Of a stretch of 64,000 nt of DNA, positions 52,665-62,565 are shown piece by piece. A program made the position numbers and the translations under genes. Positions within the stretch are counted from its first letter, which is position 1, and each line of letters begins with the position of its first letter. The notes under the pieces were generated by a model, which was not told the origin of the DNA, searched no databases, and saw only the letters and a program-made list of their open reading frames with translations. This DNA comes from a candidate division WOR-3 bacterium (GTDB lineage: Bacteria; Hydrothermota; Tepidihabitantia; Tepidihabitantales; Tepidihabitantaceae). The DNA lies in NCBI GenBank assembly GCA_965649225.1, contig CBFGJX010000004.1, positions 1-64,000 of the forward strand, in the 5' to 3' direction.

Positions 52665-54410
52665 TTATTCCTGAGCGGGGCGCAGGTCAAGTACTTCGAG
52701 CCGGATTCGGGAACAACCGTTCCACTGATGACGTGCTGGGGTATAACAGATGTCGCATTTCGATGCCGGCACGGCGAGGAAGCGGGAATGCAGCCGGTCG
52801 GCATTCCAACAGACAGCTTCGCCCAGGTTGGCGCCGTCACGGACAACGAACCGCAGGCCATTGCGACCCAGCGTAACCGGCGCAGTCACTACTTCTACTG
52901 CCGGTGTTGCCAGCACCGGCGGTTCGTTGCCGGTGCCGAACGGTTCGAATCGATCAAGCGCTGTCAACAGCGGGTCGTCCAGCGCCGAAAGTCGGGCAGT
53001 CGCGTCGACGGTGAGTGCCGGTGCAAACACCGCCGATGGCACAAGGGCGGCGGCAGCCTCCAGACCGTCAGAGAACTCGGGGATGCGGTCGGCAGCGATA
53101 GTGATGCCGACCGCAGCCCGGTGGCCACCAAATCGTTCCAGAGTGGTGGCGCAGCTGGCGACGGCGGCGTGGAGGTCAAAGCCGGGTATTGAACGACCCG
53201 AGCCACGGCCGTGCTGGCCGTGCAGGGCAATGACGATGGTGGGTCGGTGAAAACGGTCAACAAGACGGGAAGCGAGTATGCCGACGATGCCATCCGGCCA
53301 GTTGTCACCGGCCACGACCAGAGTGCGGCGGCCGGCGGCAATCTGGTGACCGGCCTGCTGGAGCGATTCGGCGATGAGTTTTTCTTCAATCGACTGCCGA
53401 CGGCGGTTGCGGCGGTCCAGCTCCTGGGCGAGAGCAGAGGCTTCGGCCGGGTCTTCGCTGAGGAGCAGCTGCAGGGCATCGCGGGCATGGCCGATGCGGC
53501 CGGCAGCATTGAGCCGGGGCGCGAGCATGAACGACACGTCACGACTCCGCAGCGGACGGTCGGGAACACGGGCGGCAGCCAGCAGGGCCTGAATGCCGGG
53601 ACGACGACTGCGCTGGACCGCCGGCAGGCCGAGTCGGGCGATGATGCGGTTTTCGCCGGTCAGCGGTACAACGTCGGCAATCGTGCCGATGGTCAGCAGG
53701 TCAAACAGATCGGTCAGCTCCTCGCGCGGGCGGCCCAGTCGGGCCAGAATGCTCCAGGCGAGCTTGAAAGCGACACCGACGCCGGCCAGATCGGCAAAAG
53801 CGGCATTGGCGTCGGGACGCCGGGGATTCACAACTGCCAGTGCCGGCGGCAGCGGTGCTTCGGGAGAACGGGGTTCGTGATGGTCGGTGACGATGATGTC
53901 AATCCCCGCAGCGCGGGCGGCTGTCACGGCGGCGTGGTCCGAAGTTCCGCAGTCGACCGTGACGATCAGCCTGACCCCGTGTGCCCGGGCCGCTGCCACG
54001 GCCTGCTGCGAGAACCCGTAGCCTTCTTCAGCTCGATCCGGAATGTGCCAGTAGACCGGGAGCCGAAGACGTCGCAGGGCAGTGACGAGCAGGGCGGTGG
54101 CGGTGAGCCCGTCGGCATCGTAGTCGCCGGCGACCAGCACTGCTTCTGTCGCTTGCACCGCTCGGCAGAGCCGTTCGGTTGCGGGGGCGATGTCCGGCAG
54201 GTCGTCGGGGCGTGACAGCTGGGCGGCGGATGGTTCAAGAAAGGCACTGATCGCTTCGGCAGTGCGATAGCCGCGGCGGTAGAGCAGTTCGGCAGCGAGC
54301 GGCGGCAGACCGGGCAGAACCGGTAACAGCTGGGGCCGGATCGGTTCGGGCAGCACCCAGCGATACTCGACCGGCCTGCCGGTTGAATCCTCAGCGCCAG
54401 GGTGGTTCAT
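52665..54410 (-). CDS. recJ: ssDNA exonuclease RecJ
   Basis: GDYDADG, TVDCG, TDHH, GTIADVVPL, PRLNAAGR, GSGRS, GGHRAAVG. Confidence 0.96.
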   Translation of the reverse strand: MNHPGAEDSTGRPVEYRWVLPEPIRPQLLPVLPGLPPLAAELLYRRGYRTAEAISAFLEPSAAQLSRPDDLPDIAPATERLCRAVQATEAVLVAGDYDADGLTATALLVTALRRLRLPVYWHIPDRAEEGYGFSQQAVAAARAHGVRLIVTVDCGTSDHAAVTAARAAGIDIIVTDHHEPRSPEAPLPPALAVVNPRRPDANAAFADLAGVGVAFKLAWSILARLGRPREELTDLFDLLTIGTIADVVPLTGENRIIARLGLPAVQRSRRPGIQALLAAARVPDRPLRSRDVSFMLAPRLNAAGRIGHARDALQLLLSEDPAEASALAQELDRRNRRRQSIEEKLIAESLQQAGHQIAAGRRTLVVAGDNWPDGIVGILASRLVDRFHRPTIVIALHGQHGRGSGRSIPGFDLHAAVASCATTLERFGGHRAAVGITIAADRIPEFSDGLEAAAALVPSAVFAPALTVDATARLSALDDPLLTALDRFEPFGTGNEPPVLATPAVEVVTAPVTLGRNGLRFVVRDGANLGEAVCWNADRLHSRFLAVPASKCDICYTPARHQWNGCSRIRLEVLDLRPAQE

Positions 54411-56224
54411 CGCGGCAGTCGGGTCTCAACCGCGGCCAGCGCGGTGCGGGCTTCAGAGTGAAGCGGGTCAAGAGTGACAGCCCTTTGCAGATACTCGCGG
54501 GCTGCCGCGAGGCTGTCGGTGCTGATGGCGACCAGCCCGAGCAGATACCATACTTCCGCGTCGTTCGGGTTCTGGGCGAGCGTCTGGTGATAGAGCCGGG
54601 ATGCAGTTGCAAAATCCCGCCGGCTGATTGCCAGCCGTGCCGCAGCCAGCGATACGAGCGGTGCGATCACGGGGCTGGAATGACTCAATTCCAGCAGCCG
54701 GCGATAGTGCTCTTCGGCCTCGGCTGCACGTCCGGCACTGGCCAGCGCAACAATCAGACTGTAGCGGGCCGATGCGTTGGTGGGATCGGCAGTGACGGCA
54801 CGTTCAAGCTCGGCAAGGGCCGGTCGCAGTTGGCGCTGCTGCAGCAGGATGTTGGCGGCCTGAGTGTGCGCCTGTGAGCGGTAGGAGTTCTGTTTCACCG
54901 GCACCAGTCGAGATGCTGTCAGCACCGCTGCTGCGGCAGCGATGCCGGGCCAGCTGCGACCGATCCGGCGGGCACGCAACTCGGCGATGAATCGGTCGAG
55001 GGCGAAGCCGGCAAAGACCAGCAGAAAGGGAATGACCGGCGCCCGCAGGCGTGACAGCACGTAGAATATCAGCGACGAAGCAATGTAGGCCAGGACATAG
55101 AGGTAAATCGGCAGGACATGCTGTCGACTCCGCCAGGCCCACCACATGCCCGGTACAGCCAGTGCAAGAATCATCCCGAAACTCAGGAAGGCAACATGCA
55201 GGGCGACGGAACTGCGCCGGGCTGTTTCAGGATAGTAGTTGTTTGGAATCTCGTAGTCGGCAACAAAGAGCAGCAGCTTCCCCACTTCAAGGCGCAGCCA
55301 GGCAAGGGGCGAATCGACGATGAAGCGCAGCCCCCGGTTGAGCCAGTAACTGGACGCGGCTGACCAGGACCGGCGGCGGCCGTTGATGGTTCGGGCGGTT
55401 TCTTTGAGTGCGTCGTGAGAGAATCCGGCGGTCGGATGCAGTTCAGGCGCAGGCTGCCAGGCGCCGTCGGCGGCCGGGTTGTTGCCGTAGTAGAAATTGA
55501 TTCCGGAATGAGCGGTGAAGAGCACGGGATCGCGGGCGACGATGTAGTTGCGCAGTGGTACGGCCGCGATGATCAGGCCGGCGCCGGCAGCCGCAAGTAG
55601 CGGCAGACGCCAGCCAGCCCGACGCCAGACCAGCCACAGACCCAGCCCGGGGACGATAGTAATCAGTTCGGGGCGACAGATCACCGAAAGACCGAAGACA
55701 ACCCCGGCTGCCAGCCAGAGCCAGTGCCGGCGGTCGGCAATCAGCAGAAGCCAGACGGTCAGCAGTGTGAGCAGAATCGTTATTTCGACATAGAGCAGAG
55801 TGCCGGTGTAGAACACCAGAACTCCGCAGAGGGCAAAGCCGGCGGAGGCGAGAATTGCGGCCCGGCGACCGAACAGCTGGTTGGTGATGGCAAAAAGCAG
55901 CAGGGCAGAGACAGCAGCCATGGCGGCCTGAGTCAGCTGCACCGCAATGACACTGACTCCAAACAGCGAGTAGATCCCGGCGAGGAGGTAAGGATAGAGG
56001 GGACGGAGAAAAAATACATCGCTGCCCCAGAAGTTGTGACGGGCGATTTCCAGCGCCCAGCGGTGATAATACCAGACATCGACCATCTGGGGTGATATTG
56101 TCGAGAATGGCGTGCCGCGCATCTCGAAAATGAACCAGAGGCGCAGAAGCAGCGTCAGCCCGGCGAGGAGGCCGGCAGCTGGGAGTGCGCCGGGGCGCTG
56201 CCGGACTGACCGCACGTTCGGCAC
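54407..56224 (-). CDS. GT39/PMT-2-like membrane glycosyltransferase with C-terminal TPRs
   Basis: Multiple TMs, PLYPYLLA, RP, RNY, GINFYYGNNP, SRLRAP; TPR tail; GTG 56224 lies 7 nt after TATACT. Confidence 0.8.
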   Translation of the reverse strand: MPNVRSVRQRPGALPAAGLLAGLTLLLRLWFIFEMRGTPFSTISPQMVDVWYYHRWALEIARHNFWGSDVFFLRPLYPYLLAGIYSLFGVSVIAVQLTQAAMAAVSALLLFAITNQLFGRRAAILASAGFALCGVLVFYTGTLLYVEITILLTLLTVWLLLIADRRHWLWLAAGVVFGLSVICRPELITIVPGLGLWLVWRRAGWRLPLLAAAGAGLIIAAVPLRNYIVARDPVLFTAHSGINFYYGNNPAADGAWQPAPELHPTAGFSHDALKETARTINGRRRSWSAASSYWLNRGLRFIVDSPLAWLRLEVGKLLLFVADYEIPNNYYPETARRSSVALHVAFLSFGMILALAVPGMWWAWRSRQHVLPIYLYVLAYIASSLIFYVLSRLRAPVIPFLLVFAGFALDRFIAELRARRIGRSWPGIAAAAAVLTASRLVPVKQNSYRSQAHTQAANILLQQRQLRPALAELERAVTADPTNASARYSLIVALASAGRAAEAEEHYRRLLELSHSSPVIAPLVSLAAARLAISRRDFATASRLYHQTLAQNPNDAEVWYLLGLVAISTDSLAAAREYLQRAVTLDPLHSEARTALAAVETRLPR

Positions 56225-56304
56225 GAGGCCGAGTATAGGGGACAGCGTTGGCAATACAAGTCAGACGGCGGCGGGGTGGTCTTCCGGCTTGACCGGCAAC
56301 CGTA

Positions 56305-56337
56305 TTAGGATAAACTAACAAAGTTAGAGATGGCTAA
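56305..56337 (+). promoter_or_regulatory. Tandem DtxR/MntR-type operator boxes
   Basis: TTAGGATAAACTAA (56305-56318, covers -10 TAAACT) and TTAGAGATGGCTAA (56324-56337, covers the ATG). Confidence 0.75.
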
Positions 56338-56749
56338 TACCGCGCAGCTCCCGTCGCTGGGTGAAAGTGCCGAGGATTACCTGGAAGCGATTCTGGCGAT
56401 TGAGTCGCCGGGGCGGCTGGTTCGGATCAAGGAGCTGGCAGGCCGGGTGGGAGTCAGCCGTCCATCGGTGGTCGCGGCGGTGGCGGCGCTTGCGGCCAGG
56501 GGGCTGGTGCGGCATGAACGTTACGGTGGGGTCGAGTTGACCGAGGCCGGGCGGCGGGCGGCTCGCGAGGTCAGGCGTCGTCATGCGGTGCTGCGTCGCT
56601 TCCTGACCGACTTCCTGGGTGTGAGTGCCTCGATTGCCGATGCCGATGCCTGTCGCATGGAGCATACTCTTTCCCCTGAGACAGTTGACCGGCTGGATGA
56701 ATATGTCCGGCGTCATGCCCGGGCCAGCGCAGCCAGCAAATACCGATGA
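56330..56749 (+). CDS. DtxR/MntR family metal-dependent repressor
   Basis: EDYLEAI, VSRPSV, YGGVELT, RRH, DACRMEH. Confidence 0.93.
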   Translation: MANTAQLPSLGESAEDYLEAILAIESPGRLVRIKELAGRVGVSRPSVVAAVAALAARGLVRHERYGGVELTEAGRRAAREVRRRHAVLRRFLTDFLGVSASIADADACRMEHTLSPETVDRLDEYVRRHARASAASKYR

Positions 56750-56946
56750 CAGTGCGATTGAACCTGCTGCTGGCTGGCCTGCAACGATGGTTTGTGCTGT
56801 CATTACGACAGCGGTACGGTCGGCCGCAGCGGCAGGGCGGTGTTGCTGCCGTGCGTTGCAGCGGCAAGGGCTGTCGGGGTTGCCCGCGGCTGGGGCGGTG
56901 CGACCTGGAGCCACCGGCAAGAGAGTGTCGGAATGATCAAATCTGA
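56746..56946 (+). CDS. Small Cys-rich protein
   Basis: CSGKGCRGCPRLGRC; ATGA overlap with the repressor and overlap with the zupT start. Confidence 0.55.
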   Translation: MTVRLNLLLAGLQRWFVLSLRQRYGRPQRQGGVAAVRCSGKGCRGCPRLGRCDLEPPARECRNDQI

Positions 56947-57745
56947 CTTCGTCTTCGCGATTGCTCTTTCCGCGCTGGCCTCGCTGGCGACTGTTGCCGG
57001 GGGGATGATCGCGCTGGTAGTGCGACGGCCAGGACCGCGGGTAATGGCGTTCAGCCTGGGTTTTTCGGCCGGGGTAATGGTTTTTGTTTCTTTTGCCGAG
57101 CTGCTGCCTTCGGGGATTGCCGAGGCAGGGTTTCTGCCGGCGGTCGGAGCGTTCTTCGCTGGCCTGTTGCTGATGTTTCTGATTGATGCGGCGGTGCCGC
57201 ATGTGTTCGTCACCGAAGGTCATGACCTGCAGGTTCATCCCGATTGCATACCGGCACTGGCTGACGATGGTCGTGCCAACCGGCTGTTGCGGGCCAGCAT
57301 ACTAATCGCCATCGGCATTGCGATTCACAATCTGCCCGAGGGTATGGCGACCTTCGCTGGCGCGTTGAAAAACCGGGGGCTGGGGCTGGCAATCGGCGTC
57401 GCGGTTGCGCTGCACAACATTCCGGAAGGACTGGCAGTGGCGGTGCCGGTTTTCTGTGCAACCGGTTCCCGGGGGCGTTCGATCTTCTGGGCATTTCTCT
57501 CTGGAATGTCGGAGCTGATGGGGGCAGTGCTGGCCGCGGCAGTGCTGATGCCGTTTTTGAGTCCGAAGCTGCTGGCGATTGCCCTGGCGACGGTTGCGGG
57601 ATTGATGGTTTTTATCTCCTTTGATGAGTTGATTCCCGGTTCCTATTCCTACGGTCATGAACATACCAGCGTCATCGGGCTTGTTTCCGGAATGGCGCTG
57701 ATGGCGCTTGGCATCTGGGTGCTGGGGCAGTACTGGAATGGTTGA
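56933..57745 (+). CDS. zupT: ZIP family metal transporter ZupT
   Basis: LGFSAGVM..SF.ELLP, HNLPEG, HNIPEG, VAGLMVFISFDELIP. Confidence 0.92.
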   Translation: MIKSDFVFAIALSALASLATVAGGMIALVVRRPGPRVMAFSLGFSAGVMVFVSFAELLPSGIAEAGFLPAVGAFFAGLLLMFLIDAAVPHVFVTEGHDLQVHPDCIPALADDGRANRLLRASILIAIGIAIHNLPEGMATFAGALKNRGLGLAIGVAVALHNIPEGLAVAVPVFCATGSRGRSIFWAFLSGMSELMGAVLAAAVLMPFLSPKLLAIALATVAGLMVFISFDELIPGSYSYGHEHTSVIGLVSGMALMALGIWVLGQYWNG

Positions 57746-57776
57746 TTCGGCAACGCGTCACATTAGACTGTCGCCG

Positions 57777-58598
57777 GTGCCGAAGATCTGTAACGGCAAT
57801 ACAACGCCGGCGCCGGGCTGGCGGTGGTTCGGCCTGCTGGTGATATTGCTGTTCGGGAGTGTCGCGCCGGCAGCGCGGGTTGTCGCAGTCTACGACGGCG
57901 ACACTTTCCTCACCGCCGACAGTCAGGCGGTACGAATGCTGGGGATCGATGCTCCGGAAAGTTACCAGCCCGGTGGTGATATCGCCCGCGATTTCCTCGA
58001 ACGACTGCTGGCTGGTCGCACGGTGCGGCTGGAGAGTGATGCCCGCGACCGGGATGACTTTGGCCGATTGCTGCGCTATGTCTATCTCGGTGATACCTGC
58101 GTCAATCTACTGCTGGTACAGCGGGGATATGCCGCGGTGAGAGTGTACGGCGACAGCCTGATGCTGTATGACACACTGCAGCGACTGGAAGAGACCGCGG
58201 CGCGCATCGGCCGGGGGTTATGGGCGTTCAATGTTTTCCCGCCACCCTCGATGAGACTGATTGAGCAGCGAATCGCCGCGCTTGCCGACTCAACAGGCGA
58301 TGGGCTTGAAACTGTATCCTACGAGAATGCGGGTCAGTATCGCAACCGGCTGGTCCGGGTTGTGGGCCGGGTAGTCGGTACTTACCGCTCGGACAAGGTG
58401 TTGTTGCTCAATTTTCATCAGGACTATCGTAACCATTTCAAGGTTGCAATTTTTGCCGCCGATTTGGGCAAGTTTCCGCCGACACCCGAGGATTATTATC
58501 AGCAGCGGCTGGTGCGGGTGACCGGGGTGGTAAAGGACTACAAGGGAGCGCCGGAGATTATCGTCCGTGACCCGGAGCAGATTGAGGTGCTGGAGTGA
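57777..58598 (+). CDS. Thermonuclease (SNase) family protein with C-terminal OB-fold-like domain
   Basis: VYDGDT, VRMLGIDAPE, DDFGRLLRYV, GRGLW; tail VTGVVKDYKGAPEI. Confidence 0.9.
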   Translation: MPKICNGNTTPAPGWRWFGLLVILLFGSVAPAARVVAVYDGDTFLTADSQAVRMLGIDAPESYQPGGDIARDFLERLLAGRTVRLESDARDRDDFGRLLRYVYLGDTCVNLLLVQRGYAAVRVYGDSLMLYDTLQRLEETAARIGRGLWAFNVFPPPSMRLIEQRIAALADSTGDGLETVSYENAGQYRNRLVRVVGRVVGTYRSDKVLLLNFHQDYRNHFKVAIFAADLGKFPPTPEDYYQQRLVRVTGVVKDYKGAPEIIVRDPEQIEVLE

Positions 58599-59872
58599 TG
58601 CCAGCGGAAGGTCCGCAGGTCAGTGTATCGCCACCGCCGCAGCGGCGACCAGTGCTGTTCTGGGTGCTGGCGGTAATTATTGTTGCCGTCGCGCTGCTGC
58701 TGGTTGCGCGTCCCCGGCACCGGCGGCCACCCTGCGGACCTGAACTGCCGGCGCCGGAATCGACATTCGCCGGTGGAACAAGGCTGCTCAGTGGCGAGGT
58801 GCTGGCGTCGGCGCTGACACGCTGGGGGCTCAGTCCGGAGTGTATTAACCGGGTTTACGCGGCGCTGGCCGGGACCGATTTTCCTTTCCGGGGAATGAAA
58901 CCCGGGGATTCGGTGACATTCCACTACCAGGGCATCGTCCTTGTCGGGCTGACCTATCATCGGGATTTGGCGGTGGGCTGGCGGGTTGATTTCGACTCGG
59001 CCGGTACCCGGGCCTGTCAGGAACTGAAAAGGATCGACACCCTGCGGACGGTGGTGCGCGGAACAATCGAGGGTTCACTCTGGAATTCACTGATCGGTCA
59101 GGGTGAATCACCGGCGCTGGTCGTCAATTTCGCTGAAATCCTTGGCTATGAAGTCGACTTCCTGACCGAATGTGCCAACGGCGACAGCTACGAGATTCTG
59201 CTCGACCGGTTGTTTGTCGATTCGATGCCCTATCGGGACGGCCGGATTCACGCGGTTCACTACCGGGGTGCGGCGGGTGATTTCTACGGCTACTATTTTC
59301 GCAGTCCGAACGGACACTGGGACTATTACAACGACAAGGGCCAGTCGTTACGCAAGACCGTGTTGCGGTCACCGCTGCAGTTCGCCCGGGTGACTTCACA
59401 CTTCGGCAACCGGCTGCACCCGATTACCCGGCGCTGGCGTTCCCACACCGGCGTTGACTACGGCGCGCCGACCGGCACGCCGGTGAGCTGCGTGGCCGAC
59501 GGCGTTGTCACGATGGCAAGGTACAACGGCGGCTACGGCAAGTTTGTCGAAGTTTCCCATTCCGGCGGCCTGAAGTCGCGCTATGGCCATCTTTCCAGCT
59601 ACGGTCCCGGAATTGCATCCGGCCGGCGGGTGCGACAGGGACAGCTGGTTGGTCGGGTCGGGTCAACCGGTTTTTCCACCGGGCCGCATCTGCATTTTGA
59701 AATACTCCAGAATGGCCGGGCAGTGAATCCGTTGAAAGTGATTCCACCGCGGGCCGACCCGGTGCCCAAAAACCTGATGGCAGAGTTTGAGCGGGTCAAG
59801 ACGGCGTGCCGGGCGCAACTGGCCCTGCCCGCCGGTCCGATTGTGCCGGCCGACACTGTCGCCGGACGCTAG
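58598..59872 (+). CDS. M23 family peptidoglycan endopeptidase (MepM-like)
   Basis: HTGVDY, YGHLS, GSTGFSTGPHLHFE. Confidence 0.92.
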   Translation: MPAEGPQVSVSPPPQRRPVLFWVLAVIIVAVALLLVARPRHRRPPCGPELPAPESTFAGGTRLLSGEVLASALTRWGLSPECINRVYAALAGTDFPFRGMKPGDSVTFHYQGIVLVGLTYHRDLAVGWRVDFDSAGTRACQELKRIDTLRTVVRGTIEGSLWNSLIGQGESPALVVNFAEILGYEVDFLTECANGDSYEILLDRLFVDSMPYRDGRIHAVHYRGAAGDFYGYYFRSPNGHWDYYNDKGQSLRKTVLRSPLQFARVTSHFGNRLHPITRRWRSHTGVDYGAPTGTPVSCVADGVVTMARYNGGYGKFVEVSHSGGLKSRYGHLSSYGPGIASGRRVRQGQLVGRVGSTGFSTGPHLHFEILQNGRAVNPLKVIPPRADPVPKNLMAEFERVKTACRAQLALPAGPIVPADTVAGR

Positions 59873-61972
59873 CTAGATTTTCAAGCCGACATCCAGATAC
59901 CAGCTGCGGCCGGGAGCGGGATAACCGCGCGCGGTTTCGTAGCGGCTGTCCAGCAGGTTGCGCAGGCCGACTTCGCCGCTGACCGCTACCGGGCCAATTC
60001 GCGGCGCCAGCTGCACACCGACGTCGATCACGGTGAAGCCAAGCAGTGTGTCGGTGTTGGCCGGGTCGGCAAAGCGCCGGCCGGTGTAACGGGCGGCGAC
60101 GGTCAGCCGGGGGGCCAGGTTCGGCCACGCCGGGTCAAAATGCAGTTGACCATTGCCGGTCAAGGCCGGGCGGTAGGTCAGGACAAGCGATTCGGAGCGG
60201 GCATCGTTCCAGGTGCCGGACAGTTCCACTGTCAGCGGCTTGAAGTGCAGGCCGGTCTCCAGTTCCAGTCCAATGATGCGGGCCCGGTCGATATTGACCG
60301 GCCGGAACCGGAAACCGCTGTCGGGTTGCCACTGAATCAGGTCATTGAAACGGCTGTAAAATCCGCCGATGCGCAGCCGTGCCGGTCCGGCACCGGTGGT
60401 GGCGATACCGATGTCGGCGGTGTTGCCGTGTTCGGGACGCAGACGCGGATTGCCATAAGTGAAAGCATCGGCAGGCCAGTAGAGTTCGTTGAAGGTCGGC
60501 AGGCGGAACGACCGACCGAGACTGGAGTAGATTTCCAGCGGCAGGGCGGAATCGGAATAGGTGGCCATGACCCTCGGACTCAGGACGGCGAGGGTTGAAC
60601 GTTGCTCGAGCGAGTCCGCTTGGCCGGTTCGGCTGAAACTGCGGTCGTAGCGCAGAATGTGCGTAACGTCAAAGCCGTGCAGCTGGACGCGAAACTGAAA
60701 AGTTCCGGCGAGGATTGAGCGCTGCGGTTGACCGATGGCGCTGCTGTTCAGCCGCTGGTTGGAGTGCTCGGCAGCAAAGGCGAGGCTGAGAGAGCGACCG
60801 GCCTGCCAGAACTGGTCGACAATGATGCCTTCGACACTCGTCCGGTGGGTGTCGTTGACGGCCCAGCCGGGGTCACGGTAGTTCTGCCAGTTGCGGGCGG
60901 CATGCAACCGGATTTCGCTGCGCAGCGAACCGCTTGGCTGCACGGAGTAACGGGCGATGAACTGTGCCCGGCTGTCGTCGCGCCGGGCGCTGTCGGATGG
61001 AAAGCTGACCGAGCCGGGGACACCGCGGCGACAGAGCGAGATTTCGCCGAGCAGGCTGGCACGATGCGGGCCGGACTGGAAACGGCCCTTCGCCATTGCC
61101 GCGGTCCGGGCAAAGTCGGCGTTGTTCAGCCGGCGGTCGGCACCGGTGCTGTCGGTGAAGACAAAGTCGTTGCGCGCGGCGCTGAGTTCGCCGGCGAAGA
61201 CCCAGCCGAGCGGCGCAGTCCAGCCGGTCTGGCGGAATCCGACATGGCGGCCGCCGAAGGAGCTCAGGCCGCCAACAGCTTCAGCGCCGAGCCGATCCGG
61301 CTCCGGGGTGATGATGTTGGCCACTCCGCCCAGGGCGCTGGAGCCGAAGATGGCCGAGCCGGGACCGCGGGCCATTTCCAGCCGTTCGACCAGCGTCGGA
61401 GCAATCGTCGAGAGGTCGCCCAGTCCGTTCTGGGCCGAGTTCTGCGGGATGCCGTCAAGCGCAATCAGGGTATGCTCGGCGCTGGCGCCGCGCATGGTCA
61501 GGGATGAATAGTTGGCATAGTCGATGATGCCGGCGTCGGGAGCGGAACGGAAAACCTCGACCAGACCGGCCGCTGCCGGTCGGCGGACTGACTCGCGTGA
61601 CCAGATTCGGACAGTGCCGGCGCGGTGCAGTGGAAGAGGAGTGCGGGCAGTGGAAACCGTCACGCCGTCGAGCCGCAGGGTAACCGGTTGCAGGACAATC
61701 ACGGCAGAGCCCTTGCGGCCGGACCAGCTGGTTGATGCATAGCCGACCCGTGACACAATCAGCTCGACCGAGTCGTCTTCAGCCGACGCGACCCGGAAGC
61801 GGCCGAGACTGTCGGCAGCAATCCGCTGGCCGGTTGCCGGGACAAAAACTTCGGCAAATGGAACCGGCAGCCGGGACCAGGCATCGATTACCCTGCCGGC
61901 GATTTCTGTCGCTGGCATCATGCCGGGAATAGCGACAATGAGGGCAGCAACGATCGGACGAAGAGGTTTCAT
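59873..61972 (-). CDS. btuB: TonB-dependent receptor, probable cobalamin transporter
   Basis: Plug RG...LDG..ERLE..RGP.S..FGS.A.GG..NIIT, FRLPTFNELYW, NPRLRPE, NLLD..Y; downstream of a cobalamin riboswitch. Confidence 0.85.
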   Translation of the reverse strand: MKPLRPIVAALIVAIPGMMPATEIAGRVIDAWSRLPVPFAEVFVPATGQRIAADSLGRFRVASAEDDSVELIVSRVGYASTSWSGRKGSAVIVLQPVTLRLDGVTVSTARTPLPLHRAGTVRIWSRESVRRPAAAGLVEVFRSAPDAGIIDYANYSSLTMRGASAEHTLIALDGIPQNSAQNGLGDLSTIAPTLVERLEMARGPGSAIFGSSALGGVANIITPEPDRLGAEAVGGLSSFGGRHVGFRQTGWTAPLGWVFAGELSAARNDFVFTDSTGADRRLNNADFARTAAMAKGRFQSGPHRASLLGEISLCRRGVPGSVSFPSDSARRDDSRAQFIARYSVQPSGSLRSEIRLHAARNWQNYRDPGWAVNDTHRTSVEGIIVDQFWQAGRSLSLAFAAEHSNQRLNSSAIGQPQRSILAGTFQFRVQLHGFDVTHILRYDRSFSRTGQADSLEQRSTLAVLSPRVMATYSDSALPLEIYSSLGRSFRLPTFNELYWPADAFTYGNPRLRPEHGNTADIGIATTGAGPARLRIGGFYSRFNDLIQWQPDSGFRFRPVNIDRARIIGLELETGLHFKPLTVELSGTWNDARSESLVLTYRPALTGNGQLHFDPAWPNLAPRLTVAARYTGRRFADPANTDTLLGFTVIDVGVQLAPRIGPVAVSGEVGLRNLLDSRYETARGYPAPGRSWYLDVGLKI

Positions 61973-62004
61973 CGCTTGCTCCTTTCGCGCAAGTTTGATG
62001 ATGC

Positions 62005-62185
62005 GCGTCAGACAGGTCTCCTGGCTTGCGGCCTGTTCTGTCGCCTTCCCGGCAGTCGCCAGTGGCATCGGACAGAACAGATTTTACGCCGCTTACAGTG
62101 GGCGGGACCGCAGCCGATTTGCACGGCTTTCCCTGTGCCGGGCAGACACCCGGCAACCGTTTGCGCCGCAGCGCTCCGGTCGTCC
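62005..62185 (-). ncRNA. Cobalamin riboswitch
   Basis: Minus strand AGGGAA-GCCG-TGCAAAT-CGGC..CCCGCCCACTGTAA...GCCACTG...GGGAAGGC...AAGCCAGGAGACCTG; promoter TTGACC-16-TATAAT at 62235-62208; ends approximate. Confidence 0.92.
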
Positions 62186-62268
62186 GACGCGTTCAGATTC
62201 TGGCAGGATTATAGACCGACTGATGGACAGGTCAATTGCCGGCCAGGACAGTCGGGGTCAAAGAATGC

Positions 62269-62296
62269 TTGACAACCGGAGTCAGACCGCTAATAT
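62269..62296 (+). promoter_or_regulatory. Promoter for the 62566 operon
   Basis: TTGACA-16 bp-TAATAT. Confidence 0.7.
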
Positions 62297-62565
62297 ACCG
62301 GCGTAGGTTAGTGGCCAGACCGGAAAAGGATGGGTAACCGGCCACGGGGGTACCTCTGTTGTACCTCAGTTCTTTGCAAGCTGGAATTCTCTGGGTCGAT
62401 GTGACGCAATAGCTGTCCGGGGTGGTCCTTGTCTTTTTCGCGCTGGGCGCGAGAAAGGGGGTTACAGTCAGCAACCTGCTCGACAGCTGCCGCGGCAATG
62501 CCGCGAATGCAGACAAAAAGACCGTAAGAGGGCTTGGCGCCCGAAGGCCTTAGTAAGGAGGACAG

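Noticed and set aside
62395..62492. c-di-GMP-I or c-di-AMP riboswitch call
   Set aside because: Only fragments resemble the consensus (GACGCAA.AGCT, GACAGCTGCC); kept as an unknown leader
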